From Candidatus Poribacteria bacterium (GTDB lineage: Bacteria; Poribacteria; WGA-4E; WGA-3G), in the NCBI GenBank assembly GCA_965242965.1, contig OZ251518.1, positions 1,952,001 to 2,016,000 on the forward strand: a stretch of DNA of 64,000 nucleotides, written 5' to 3'. Made by a program: the position numbers and the translations under genes. The notes below the pieces were generated by a model. The model searched no databases. It was not told the DNA's origin and saw only the letters and a list, made by a program, of their open reading frames with translations. Positions 1-9,764 of the stretch are shown here, one piece after another; positions within the stretch are counted from its first letter, which is position 1; each line of letters opens with the position of its first letter.

Positions 1-134
1 GTGATTGCGCAACTGCGGTCCCCAAAACGAGCCAGAGAAAAATGGCGATTTTTGTCTTCCGCAATGCTTGCGATAACAGTTTTTGTGCTATCATCGTTTT
101 TCTCCGTATTTTTCGCGGGGGTCGTTCAGATTAC

Positions 135-320
135 CGTAGCGCGGGGGCCTGTCCTCCGCGAGTTTTCGGTAGACCGCAGCATAGCGAGGGAAACCCGCTC
201 GCAGGCGCGTGTGGCATGCGAGGGCCCAAGCCCTACGGTGAGGGGGCCGTTCTGTTGGAAAGAAAATGTCCGGTTACCGTAGCGCGGGGGCCTGTCCCCC
301 GCGCTCTCGCCCGCGGCCTA
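135..320. repeat. GTAG-REP cluster
   Basis: GTAGCGCGGGGGCCTGTCCCCCGCG and GAGGGCCCAAGCCCTAC units. Confidence 0.85.
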
Positions 321-1295
321 CGCGCCGTTTTGTGCCCGCGCGATATCACGATAGCGTCGCACTTCCACATCATCCGGCATGCGTCGCAGCGTTTCCTTGT
401 AATCCTGCAGCGCGGCTTCATACCGTTGCATCGCGAAGTTTGCATGCGCACGGCCGAGGTATGCATCGACATCTTCCGAGTTTCGCGCGAGGGCTGCATC
501 GTAATCGCGGACAGCGGCGGTGTAGTGCTGCAGGTGAAAGTGTGTCACGGCGCGATTGAAATAGCCTTCACTACGTTCGGGTTTCAGACGGATAGCCGCG
601 TCATAGTCGCGCAGCGCGGCGGTGTAGTCGCCGAGGGCATAGTAGAGGCTGCCCCGGTTGCAGTGCGCCGCGGCATAATCAGGTTTGAGGCGGATGGCGA
701 CATCGTAAGCGGCGATGGCGTTTTCCGATTTGCCGATTTCCGCGAGGAGGGTGCCGAGGGAGAAAAAAGCATCGATGGCATTTTCTTCTTCGGTGGGGAC
801 ATGGATATCCTTATTTTTTTCATCCAACCGTGCGATGGCTGCTTCTATCTCGGGGTCCTCCTCATGTTCCAATTCCAGGAGTTCTGGAAACAACTCTTCC
901 ATAGTTGGAAAATGGGCTTTCCCATAAATCCTCACGAAGTCTCCGACGCATGCATCTACGTCTGCTAAGGGACTGTCGAGATTGCCACCATCAGCCCACA
1001 TTAACTCCTCTGCCATGACAGAGAGTTGTTTGTATTCGTCCGCGGTGGCGGTGGGACGGCGCAGATTATCGGTGCGATTGGCGAGTTCGGTTAATAACTC
1101 TTGGATGCCGACGAGCCACGCGACGTAACTTTCCGAGGGTGCTTCCTCTTCAGCGGCATGCTTCTCTTCCGGTAAGCCCTCGCGTTCAAGCGGTGCTTGC
1201 CGCGGGATGAACGGCTCTGGCAGACTCATGCGAAGCGAGACAGCGAGTGCCGGCACGGGTAAGCCAGTGGGCATCGTTTGTGTAGGCGTTAACAT
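318..1295 (-). CDS. HigA-like N-terminal antitoxin domain fused to TPR repeats (copy 1)
   Basis: AGGAGG RBS; EYKQL..EELM..DSPLAD..DFVRIY segment resembles the HigA N-domain; 3-4 C-terminal TPRs (AHCNRGSLYYALGDY); directly downstream of a higB-like gene. Confidence 0.75.
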   Translation of the reverse strand: MLTPTQTMPTGLPVPALAVSLRMSLPEPFIPRQAPLEREGLPEEKHAAEEEAPSESYVAWLVGIQELLTELANRTDNLRRPTATADEYKQLSVMAEELMWADGGNLDSPLADVDACVGDFVRIYGKAHFPTMEELFPELLELEHEEDPEIEAAIARLDEKNKDIHVPTEEENAIDAFFSLGTLLAEIGKSENAIAAYDVAIRLKPDYAAAHCNRGSLYYALGDYTAALRDYDAAIRLKPERSEGYFNRAVTHFHLQHYTAAVRDYDAALARNSEDVDAYLGRAHANFAMQRYEAALQDYKETLRRMPDDVEVRRYRDIARAQNGA

Positions 1296-1301
1296 TGGGT
1301 T

Positions 1302-1639
1302 TTACCTCCTCTTTAACCACGCGTTATACTCGGCGTGCGTTAACACACGATCGCCACCTGCTGTCTGTCATAGTTTATCTTGGCAATCAGGCGGGTTTTG
1401 TTACCGCCAATGTTGAAGCCAGTGTAGTTGACTTCTTCCTTAAGGTGGCGTTTCTGTTGTGAAGAATAAACGAAATCTTCTCTTTTCACCAGATCGGCGT
1501 GCGGAAACACCTCCCGCACCTCGTTAAGCGACTGGAAATCTCTTTGCCGCACCAAATCACGCCAGCGGTGAAGTCCCGGCTTGCTGTTTGGATGTCTTTG
1601 TGCAAAGTCGTTGAGTTTTTCTTCAAAATGAATCTGCAT
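1302..1639 (-). pseudogene. higB: HigB-family toxin with a frameshift near the 3' end (copy 1)
   Basis: FPHAD..FNIGGNKTRLI motif; ATC GT GTGTTAACG versus ATC GATTAT GTGTTAACG in copy 2 (net 4-nt loss) gives a premature TAA at 1340 and removes THAEY. Confidence 0.8.
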
Positions 1640-1684
1640 TGGAAAACCAATTCTATTCAAAACGGTGCGATCGGATTACCGAGG

Positions 1685-1860
1685 CATGGCGAGGGACAAG
1701 CCCGCGCCCTACGTGCAGCGAAGTCACCGTAGCGCGGGGGCCTGTCCCCCGCGAGTTTTCGATAGACCGCAGCATGGCGAGGGCCTGTCCTCGCCCTACG
1801 GTGAAAGGGCGTTTCTCCTACCGTAGCGCGGGGGCCTGTCCCCCGCGGTCTCGCCCTACG
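1685..1860. repeat. GTAG-REP cluster at the junction of the tandem duplication
   Basis: Same units as 135..320. Confidence 0.85.
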
Positions 1861-2842
1861 CGCGGTTTTCTGCCTGCGCGATATCCCGATACCGTTGCAC
1901 TTCCACATCATCCGGCGAGCGTTGCAGCGTCTCCTCGTAATCCTGCAGCGCGGCTTTATACCGTTGCATCGCGAAGTTGGCATGCGCGCGGCCGAGGTAA
2001 GCATCAACATCATCCGGATTCCGTGCGAGGGCTGCATCGTAATCTCGGACAGCGGCGGTATAGTGCTGCAGGTGAAAGTGCGTCACGGCGCGATTGAAAT
2101 AGCCTTCACTACGTTCAGGTTTCAGGCGGATAGCCGCGTCATAATCATGAAGCGCGGCGGTGTAGTCGCCGAGGGCATAGTAGAGGCTGCCTCGGTTGCA
2201 GTGCGCCGCGGCGTAATCGGGTTTCAGGCGGATGGCGACATCGTAAGCGGCGATGGCGTTCTCGGCTTTTCCGATGTCCGTGAGGAGGGTGCCGAGTGAG
2301 AAAAAGGCATCGATGGCAATTTCTTCTTCCGTGGGGACATGGATGTCCTTATTTTTTTCATCCAACCGTGCGATGGCTGCTTCTATCTCGGGGTCTTCCT
2401 CATGTTCCAGTTCTAGGAGTTCGGGGAACAACTCTTCCAGAGTTGGAAACGTTGCTGCCTCATAAATCCGCATGAAGTCGGCGACACATACCTCTATGTC
2501 CGCTAAGGGACTGTCGAAATTGTCACCAGCCGCCCACATTAACTCCTCTAACATGCCAGAGAGTTGCTTGTATTCGTCCGCTGTGGCTGTGGAACGGCGC
2601 AGATCATCGGTGCGATTGGCGAGTTCGGTTAATAACTCTTGGATGCCGACGAGCCACGCGACGTAACTTTCCGCAGGTGCTATCTCTTCATCTGCGTGTT
2701 TCTCTTCCGGTAAGTCCTCGCTTTCAAGCGGTGTCTGCGGTGCTTGTCGCGGGATGAGCGGCTCCGGCAGGCTCATGCGGATGGACACAGGGAGCACCGG
2801 CACGGGTAAGCCAGTGGGCATCGCTTGTGTAGGCGTTAACAT
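1856..2842 (-). CDS. HigA-like N-terminal antitoxin domain fused to TPR repeats (copy 2)
   Basis: Close paralog of 318..1295; retains the IYE motif; C-terminal TPRs. Confidence 0.75.
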   Translation of the reverse strand: MLTPTQAMPTGLPVPVLPVSIRMSLPEPLIPRQAPQTPLESEDLPEEKHADEEIAPAESYVAWLVGIQELLTELANRTDDLRRSTATADEYKQLSGMLEELMWAAGDNFDSPLADIEVCVADFMRIYEAATFPTLEELFPELLELEHEEDPEIEAAIARLDEKNKDIHVPTEEEIAIDAFFSLGTLLTDIGKAENAIAAYDVAIRLKPDYAAAHCNRGSLYYALGDYTAALHDYDAAIRLKPERSEGYFNRAVTHFHLQHYTAAVRDYDAALARNPDDVDAYLGRAHANFAMQRYKAALQDYEETLQRSPDDVEVQRYRDIAQAENRA

Positions 2843-2848
2843 TGGGTT

Positions 2849-3190
2849 TTACCTCCTCTTTAACCACGCGGTATACTCGGCGTGCGTTAACACATAATCG
2901 ATCTCCACCCGCTGACTGGCATAGTGTATCCTGGCAATCAAGCGGGTTTTGTTACCGCCGATGTTGAAGACAGTGTAGCTGACTTCTTCCTTAACACCGC
3001 GGTTCTGTTCTTTAGGATAAACGAATCTTTCTCTTTTCACCAAATCGGCGTGCGGAAACATCGCACGCACCTCGTTAAGTGACCGGAAATTTTTTTGCCG
3101 CACCAAATCACGCCAGCGGTGAAGTGCCGGCTTGCTGTTTGGGTGTCTTTGTGCAAAATTGTTGAGTTTTTGTAGAGATGTAATCTGCAT
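2849..3190 (-). CDS. higB: Type II toxin HigB (RelE superfamily mRNA interferase), intact
   Basis: MQITSLQKL..FPHAD..VFNIGGNKTRLIARIHY..VLTHAEY; start trimmed to ATG at 3190. Confidence 0.85.
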   Translation of the reverse strand: MQITSLQKLNNFAQRHPNSKPALHRWRDLVRQKNFRSLNEVRAMFPHADLVKRERFVYPKEQNRGVKEEVSYTVFNIGGNKTRLIARIHYASQRVEIDYVLTHAEYTAWLKRR

Positions 3191-3380
3191 CGGAAAACCA
3201 GTCCTATTCAAAACGGCGCGACGACGATTTAGCCGGCGATGCCCACTCGCAACACGACAGCAGACACTTAACACCGACACTTTAGTTAGGATACCACATC
3301 AAAACAGAATTTGCAAGCGAAAATTGCTTTTTTTCCCATTCCGTGTATAATAGAACAGAAACCCCCAACGCGGAGAAAAA

Positions 3381-5264
3381 ATGGAACAGCGGGAAACGAA
3401 ACTTGACATGCAACGCGCTGAAATACAAGGCGTATCCAAATGGATTTTTGAAATAGGCGCGGCATCCCTGGTCTTTTTCTATATCTATAGCGCGGGCTTT
3501 GGGACAGCGGCGGAACAATATCACCTTGGTTTTTACCTGATTGCCACCTACGCGCTCATCGGCATCTTCTACAAATGCCGCTCGCGCTCGCCTGCATCGC
3601 GGCCATCCCTCTTTGATATGTTGCTGGTTGGGATGAGCGTCCTCTCCATAGGCTATTGGATAGTCGAATACCCGAACCTTGCCAATCGGGCGGGTGCGTA
3701 TACGCGCACGGATATCGCGATGGGGGCACTTGCGCTGATGGCTAGCGTTGAGGTGAGCCGCCGCACCGTAGGATGGGGACTGCCTGTTATCGCCGCTGTC
3801 GGTATTTTATACGCGCTTTTCGGACGCGCCATGCCAGAAGCAATTGCACACAAAGGGTTTACACCGTGGCGGATTATTGAATACTGCTTCTTCAGCCAAG
3901 CCGGCATCTTCGGCATCATGGCGAACGTGATGGCAACTTACGTCATCCTCTTCATTTTTTTCGGGGCGTTTTTGGAGAAATCCGGCGTAGGACAGTTTTT
4001 TATCAACCTGCCGATGTCACTCGCCGGACGCTCTATCGGCGGCGCAGCGAAGGTTTCTGTCGTCACCTCCGGCTTCTTCGGCTCCGTCGCCGGCAGTGCC
4101 ATCGCAAACACGGTGACTACCGGCACGTTTACGATTCCGCTAATGAAGCGGACCGGATTCCGGCCACACGTCGCGGGCGCAGTGGAAGCATCAGCCTCCG
4201 TCGGTGGGCAATTCTTACCGCCTGTGATGGGCGCGGGCGCGTTTTTAATGGCGGAACGGACAGGATTGCCCTACAGCCAAATCGCGCTCATTTCCATTGT
4301 CCCGGCAATCCTCTATTTTCTCTCTGTCTGGATGATGGTGCATTTTGAAGCGAAGAAAGAGGGATTACAAAGCATTCCCGCCGCAGAGATACCCAAACTC
4401 TCCGTTCTCCTGAAAACAAATTGGTATTACCTGCTGCCCCTGCTCACCCTCATCGGAATGTTGATCGCCAAGCATACCGCCTACAACTCGGCGTTCTACG
4501 CAATCCTCGTTACGATAGGCGTGAGTTATTTTCGCCCAGAGACGCGGTTGACACCGAAGCGCATCTGGGAAGCGATGGTTACCGGTGCGAAAAATTCGCT
4601 TGCAATCGGCGGAGCCGTCGGCACTATCGGCATCATCGTCGCCGTTATCGATTTGACAGGTTTAGGTAGGATTTTTCCGGATTTGGTGTTATCTGTCGCC
4701 GGCGATAGCCGCTTTATCGCCGTATTGCTGCTCGCCGCCGCGTCGCTAGTTTTAGGAATGGGCATCCCCGTCACCGCCGCCTACCTCATCACCTCTGAAC
4801 TCGCCGTGCCGATTTTGACGAACCCAGAACTCGGCGTGTCCGTTATCGCCGCGCACCTCATTATCTTCTGGCTGAGCCAAGATTCTAACATCACACCGCC
4901 GGTTGCGCTCGGTGCCTATGCCGGTGCCGCTATTGCTCGGGCAGACCCGTGGCAAACCGGTTGGACCTGCTTCAAATTCGCTAAACTCCTATACGTGATG
5001 CCGTTGCTGTTCGCCTACACGCACATCTTGCTTGAGGGCACGCTGACCCAAAATGTGTTATCCGTGGCGACGGCTGTCGTGGGGACGCTCGTTTTTTCGA
5101 TGGTGACGATGGGCTATTTCGTGCGCAAAACGCGGTGGTATGAGTGGATCTTGCTTGCCTTGGCGGCGTTCCTCGCGTATGTCTACAATATCTGGGCATT
5201 CGTCATCGCGCTGGCGATAGTTGCGTTTGTCTATTTTATGCAAAAACGGGAGGCGATGTCCTAA
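3381..5264 (+). CDS. TRAP transporter fused permease (4TM/12TM, TAXI-type)
   Basis: GSAIANTVTTGTFTIPLMK, PPVMGAGAF, SNITPPVAL motifs; many TM segments. Confidence 0.92.
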   Translation: MEQRETKLDMQRAEIQGVSKWIFEIGAASLVFFYIYSAGFGTAAEQYHLGFYLIATYALIGIFYKCRSRSPASRPSLFDMLLVGMSVLSIGYWIVEYPNLANRAGAYTRTDIAMGALALMASVEVSRRTVGWGLPVIAAVGILYALFGRAMPEAIAHKGFTPWRIIEYCFFSQAGIFGIMANVMATYVILFIFFGAFLEKSGVGQFFINLPMSLAGRSIGGAAKVSVVTSGFFGSVAGSAIANTVTTGTFTIPLMKRTGFRPHVAGAVEASASVGGQFLPPVMGAGAFLMAERTGLPYSQIALISIVPAILYFLSVWMMVHFEAKKEGLQSIPAAEIPKLSVLLKTNWYYLLPLLTLIGMLIAKHTAYNSAFYAILVTIGVSYFRPETRLTPKRIWEAMVTGAKNSLAIGGAVGTIGIIVAVIDLTGLGRIFPDLVLSVAGDSRFIAVLLLAAASLVLGMGIPVTAAYLITSELAVPILTNPELGVSVIAAHLIIFWLSQDSNITPPVALGAYAGAAIARADPWQTGWTCFKFAKLLYVMPLLFAYTHILLEGTLTQNVLSVATAVVGTLVFSMVTMGYFVRKTRWYEWILLALAAFLAYVYNIWAFVIALAIVAFVYFMQKREAMS

Positions 5265-5269
5265 ATCAA

Positions 5270-5640
5270 GCATCGAGACCGGGCGGTCTCAATTTTCCCG
5301 TAGCGCGGGGGCCCTCGGATGCCACACGCGCATCCGAGCGGGTTTCCCCCGCGAGCGTTGGAGAACCGTTATTTTTATCGTAGCGCGGGGGCCTGTCCCC
5401 CGCGATCTCCATCGTCAAGAGATGGCGTTTTAGGTCCTTTAGGACCTGAAGAGAACAAGAGACGTTTTTTTCGGAGATCGAACGATGGCGAGGGACAGGC
5501 CCTCGCCCTACGGTGAAGGAGAGGCGGCCTCGACACCCGTAGCGCGGGGGCCTGGCCCCCGCGATCGTTGGAGTGCGCGGACAATGACGAGGGACAGGTT
5601 TTCCTATTGCATCGCAACCCGAGGTCTCTCCTACCGGGGC
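5270..5640. repeat. GTAG-REP cluster between convergent genes
   Basis: Multiple REP doublets. Confidence 0.85.
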
Positions 5641-6518
5641 CTGCCATCAAACGCTTTACGCAAATACAAAAGAATATCCTCAGCGGCGCGACGAGAGACA
5701 CGCGCGTTGAATGCCACAGCCGCCCTTTCCGCACGATAATAATTACCTTGATAATAACGCAGAAACAGCGCGGTTGCCCACAAAACCGCATCCATGTAAT
5801 GTCCATCAAGTGCCGCGTCAACGGTGGCAAAACCTAGCGCGCCGTTTAGCACGAAAGCGTTGAGTCCATCGCGCCAATTGCCGACATAGACTTGTCCCGC
5901 ACCGGGTAAGATTACCGACAAGATTTTCGCAAGTCTCATCGATTTCCGCGGTGCATTGAGTGCCGCATCAAAGTGCGCGTCAAGTTCTGTCAAACCTAAG
6001 TGAGTAGGCAAGGTTTTTAACCCCGCATAATTTTTCAGGGCAGCGCGCGCTTCTTCCCATCGGAATTGGTAGAGATACGCAACGCCTTGCAAAAACAGCG
6101 CGCGCCGATACTGCGCCTCCGAAGGGTTTTGCATCGTGACTTTAAGCAACGCCAATAATCCCATGTCATAGTTTTTCCCGGCGATGTGCGTCACGGCGAG
6201 TGCCAGTTGCAGTTCAATTTTCGTTGTCTTATCGGGAGTGCGTTGGATAGCCGTGCGCATCGCGGCGACTGCCTCTTCCCACATCCCTTGTTCGCGATAG
6301 GCGAGCCCGATGTTGCGGTATGCCTTCCCCGCGCGCGTGTCATCGGGATGGAAGAAGAGGAACCGTTTATACTCGGTGATGGCGGCATCGTAATTGCCCA
6401 AGGCGAAGAAGTGATCGCCTAAGAACAGAGGCATCTCGTCAGCGGCGGCGGTGAAGATGAAACCGAAGAGGGTTAGAAACAGGGAGAAGGCGATTCGCTT
6501 GAAAAGCATTTTTGGCAC
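5631..6518 (-). CDS. TPR protein with signal peptide and C-terminal hydrophobic S..LPGAG..Y domain
   Basis: N-terminal hydrophobic signal, TPRs (YDAAITEYKRF), SVILPGAGQVYVG. Confidence 0.75.
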   Translation of the reverse strand: MPKMLFKRIAFSLFLTLFGFIFTAAADEMPLFLGDHFFALGNYDAAITEYKRFLFFHPDDTRAGKAYRNIGLAYREQGMWEEAVAAMRTAIQRTPDKTTKIELQLALAVTHIAGKNYDMGLLALLKVTMQNPSEAQYRRALFLQGVAYLYQFRWEEARAALKNYAGLKTLPTHLGLTELDAHFDAALNAPRKSMRLAKILSVILPGAGQVYVGNWRDGLNAFVLNGALGFATVDAALDGHYMDAVLWATALFLRYYQGNYYRAERAAVAFNARVSRRAAEDILLYLRKAFDGRPR

Positions 6519-6654
6519 TATATTTCCTCAATGTGTATTGGTAAAAAAACGATTCGGTTGCTAAAGATGCATTCGTTTGCATTCCACGCGAAATTAATGG
6601 TATCATAATTCTATTGTGATGTCAATTTTTTTTGAAAATCCCGATATGCGTCTT

Positions 6655-6905
6655 GGTAGGCGGGACATCCTTGTCCCGATAGGTTTGCGGGTAGGAGGGA
6701 CATCCTTGTCCCGATACGCCTCGGGGTAGGAGGGACATCCTTGTCCCGATACGGTATTGCATCGAGACCGGGAGGGCTCTCCTACCGGGCCCTCCCCATT
6801 CTGTAGTTTGCGATCGCCTGATCGCAAACGGGTCAGGATCAGGCGATCCTGACCTACAAGCGGATGCAGGTATTGCATCGAGACCAGGAGGTCTCTCCTA
6901 CTGAA
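6655..6905. repeat. REP cluster (GTAGGCGGGACATCCTTGTCCCG x3 and others)
   Basis: Tandem hairpin units. Confidence 0.85.
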
Positions 6906-6934
6906 ACACTCTGAAAATAGACAAAGGAGAATAA

Positions 6935-7555
6935 ATGAAAAAACCGCCGTTTTTGGAGAGAGAGGCTTTAGTCAGCAAACGCCTCCAAAGCCTTTTTCAT
7001 TACCAAAAGTCCAGGCCCGAAGAGTTCACCGACGTTGAACTTACGCGATTGACACCGTTCCATCGCGCCCTGCTTGCCACTGATGGCACCGTCACGCGCT
7101 TTATCGAAAACTACACGCTGTCACCGGTAGAAATTACGCTGCTGCATCAAGAAGAACAAACGTTACCCGACGGCCATATTTGGCTGGAACTGCCATGTGG
7201 TGAGAAAATTGTCTATCGGGAAGTGCTGTTGCAAACGCCGCCTATGGACGGACAACCGCAGCGTATCCATGCCTACGCGGTATCCGAGATTCTCCCAGAC
7301 CGCCTGCCAAAACGTCTTTGGGATGGGGTAACCTCTGGGAGACAAGGGTTGGGCAGACTTTTGTTAAGGAGTCGGCTGGAGACCCGGCGTGAGTTGTTAT
7401 GGTGGGGTGTTGAACGGGAGATTCGTTTGCCGGCTGCCATTAAACATCTGGAAACCGAGGCGTTCCTCAGCCGTGCCTATCGGATAGTCGCCGATGGGCT
7501 GCCGTTGATGCTAATTACGGAGAAGTTTCCATTGGAGGCATCTGTCCTAGAGTAG
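6935..7555 (+). CDS. Chorismate pyruvate-lyase-like protein (UbiC/DUF98)
   Basis: LLATDGTVT, REVLL, YAVS, GLGRLL, SRAYRI..PLMLITEKF; AAGGAG RBS. Confidence 0.8.
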   Translation: MKKPPFLEREALVSKRLQSLFHYQKSRPEEFTDVELTRLTPFHRALLATDGTVTRFIENYTLSPVEITLLHQEEQTLPDGHIWLELPCGEKIVYREVLLQTPPMDGQPQRIHAYAVSEILPDRLPKRLWDGVTSGRQGLGRLLLRSRLETRRELLWWGVEREIRLPAAIKHLETEAFLSRAYRIVADGLPLMLITEKFPLEASVLE

Positions 7556-8010
7556 GCGGGACATCCTTGTCCCGATATGCGTTGGGTAGGCGGGACATCC
7601 TTGTCCCGATACCGAACCTGTTGAGACCGGGAGGTCTCTCCTACCGGGCACGCATCGGGCCCACCTCTGTAGTTTGCGATCGCCTGATCGCAAACGGGTC
7701 AAGATCAGCGTGGCGATCGAACGCTGGCGAGGGAAACCCGCTCGCATGCGCGTGTGGCATGCGAGGGCCCAAGCCCTACGTGAAGGGACGGCGTTTTTCC
7801 ACCGTAGCGCGGGGGCCTGTCCCCCGCGATCGTTGGAGTGCGCGAGCGATGGCGAGGGACAGGCCCTCGCCCTACGTGAAGGGACAGCATTTTTTCATCG
7901 CAGCGCGGGCCCTGTCCCCCGCGACATGGCGAGGGACAGGCCCTCGCCCTACGGTGAGGGGGGATTTTCGCCGCCCTATTGCATCGAGACCAGGAGGTCT
8001 CGCCTACGGG
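7552..8010. repeat. Mixed REP cluster
   Basis: At least five hairpin families. Confidence 0.85.
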
Positions 8011-8066
8011 GACATCATTGAGACGAGGAAATTATTTCTGACGATATCCAAAAGGAGAAAATTATA

Positions 8067-8843
8067 ATGCGACATATCATTTATGGGTTGGTTATCTGCC
8101 TGATGTTGATAATTGGTGCATGCCTGCTCAGCCATGCACAAGATGAACACACCGTCGCCCTCTACGCCTTTGAGACAGGCAACGGGAAAGTTGTCAAAGA
8201 TCTTTCAGGAAACGGAAACGACTGCACCCTCATGGGACCGAAGTGGGGAGAAGGCAATCCGGGTGGTGGCCTCGTCTTCGGCGGGAATGCTCCCAGGGAC
8301 TTCGTTGAGGTACCGGATAGCGACAGCCTCGATTTGGTTGAAGGGCTCACCGTGGAGATGTGGATTTATCTCAACGCCTGGTCTACTGCAGGCGGGACAG
8401 GTGCTACAAAAGAGCTCGCCTATAAAGTCGGTCCGCGAAGTGACAAAAAGGTGCTGATCCGCATGACGACAACCGCTAATGCCTGGGGTGCCGCTGTTGT
8501 TGCAGGCAAAACAGAACTACCGCTGAAAGAATGGGTGCATATTGCCGGCACCTACGATGCCAAGTCGGGGGTCGGAAAGATTTACGTCAACGCGGTTCTA
8601 GATGGCGAGGGCAAAATTGGCGGAGACCTTGTCCCGAACAACGATGTCCTGTGGCTCGGCCGCGGGGCGGGCCCGTTTTTAGATGGCCGCATGGACGAGG
8701 TGCGGATTTCCAACATCGCACGCACGCAACAGGAAATCCAAACCTTGATGGACAAACGCATCAAAGGCGTGCTGGCTGTCAATCCAAAGGATAAATTGAC
8801 GACGACGTGGGGCGATCTGAAATCAAAACGGCAATTCAATTGA
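8067..8843 (+). CDS. Secreted LamG/ConA-like jellyroll domain protein
   Basis: Signal peptide; DLSGNGND, WVHIAGTYD, LDGRMDEVRISN; C-terminal AVNPKDKLTTTWGDLK tail. Confidence 0.88.
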   Translation: MRHIIYGLVICLMLIIGACLLSHAQDEHTVALYAFETGNGKVVKDLSGNGNDCTLMGPKWGEGNPGGGLVFGGNAPRDFVEVPDSDSLDLVEGLTVEMWIYLNAWSTAGGTGATKELAYKVGPRSDKKVLIRMTTTANAWGAAVVAGKTELPLKEWVHIAGTYDAKSGVGKIYVNAVLDGEGKIGGDLVPNNDVLWLGRGAGPFLDGRMDEVRISNIARTQQEIQTLMDKRIKGVLAVNPKDKLTTTWGDLKSKRQFN

Positions 8844-9764
8844 CAACGTCGATAGGAATTCGTTTTCTACCGTGCGATTGTAAACGCGCGCAGAAATGAC
8901 AGAACCATAGATATTACCCAGATAGAAAGCCCCACCGATAGTGCCAAAAGTCCACCCTTTCACCGATGTGATGCCATCGCGGTTGAAGCCGTCGTAAGCC
9001 TGCCAGCCAGTGAATCCGACGATGATAAGACTGGCGATGGCATCACCGGTGCGGCCAGTGTAAAACCTTCCAGCTCCCGGCAACACCGTCGATAGGAATC
9101 CGGCGAGAAAAGGGTTTCGGTTGGGGAGATTCGCGCCTTGCACCGCGTACTGGCGATACATTGCCGCTTTGTCCGTGACACTTGCCACCGCCGATGCCTG
9201 CAGTGCCATGAAAACCTCATCAGCCTCGCGCCACTGCTTTTGCATCAGATAGGCGAGGCCGATGAGTTGTTTGGCTTCGGTGTGTAGCCTCGCGTCCGTG
9301 ATGCGCGGTAACGTCTTTTGCAAAAACTGCACTGCGTCCGAAAACTGCTCCATCAAAAAATAGGAGACACCGAGTTGATAATAAGCACGACTCGCGAACG
9401 GGCTTTGCGGATGCTTTTGCAAAAGTGTCTCAAAGGTATCAATTGCCAGCATCGGTTCCCCACCCAAACGATAGCAGAGGGCAATTTTATAGTGGATAGC
9501 CTCTCGCGCATTCTGCTCCGTGGTTTGGCTTTCTGGGGTTTGGCTTTCTTCAGCAGACATGTTTTCCAAACGCGCGTAATAGAGATACCGCTGATATTCA
9601 CTCGCCGCCCGCAGATAATCGCCTTCCTCAAACAGAAAATCGGCAAATTGCAGGACATTTTCGGGGCTGTAATAGTCCACCCGCGCCGATGCCACACTCG
9701 CGAACATGACGAAAATCAGCAACGCAAACTTAAAAAGTCGCATAATCTGAAACCATATCCACAT
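8823..9764 (-). CDS. TPR protein with C-terminal S..LPGAG..Y hydrophobic domain
   Basis: TPRs (AYYQLGVSYF); STVLPGAGRFYTG; paralog of 5631..6518; start may be ~9743. Confidence 0.75.
   Translation of the reverse strand: MWIWFQIMRLFKFALLIFVMFASVASARVDYYSPENVLQFADFLFEEGDYLRAASEYQRYLYYARLENMSAEESQTPESQTTEQNAREAIHYKIALCYRLGGEPMLAIDTFETLLQKHPQSPFASRAYYQLGVSYFLMEQFSDAVQFLQKTLPRITDARLHTEAKQLIGLAYLMQKQWREADEVFMALQASAVASVTDKAAMYRQYAVQGANLPNRNPFLAGFLSTVLPGAGRFYTGRTGDAIASLIIVGFTGWQAYDGFNRDGITSVKGWTFGTIGGAFYLGNIYGSVISARVYNRTVENEFLSTLSIELPF

Noticed and set aside
42-968. 308-aa plus-strand ORF (also 1895..2299 and 48002..48655)
   Set aside because: Antisense shadows of TPR genes
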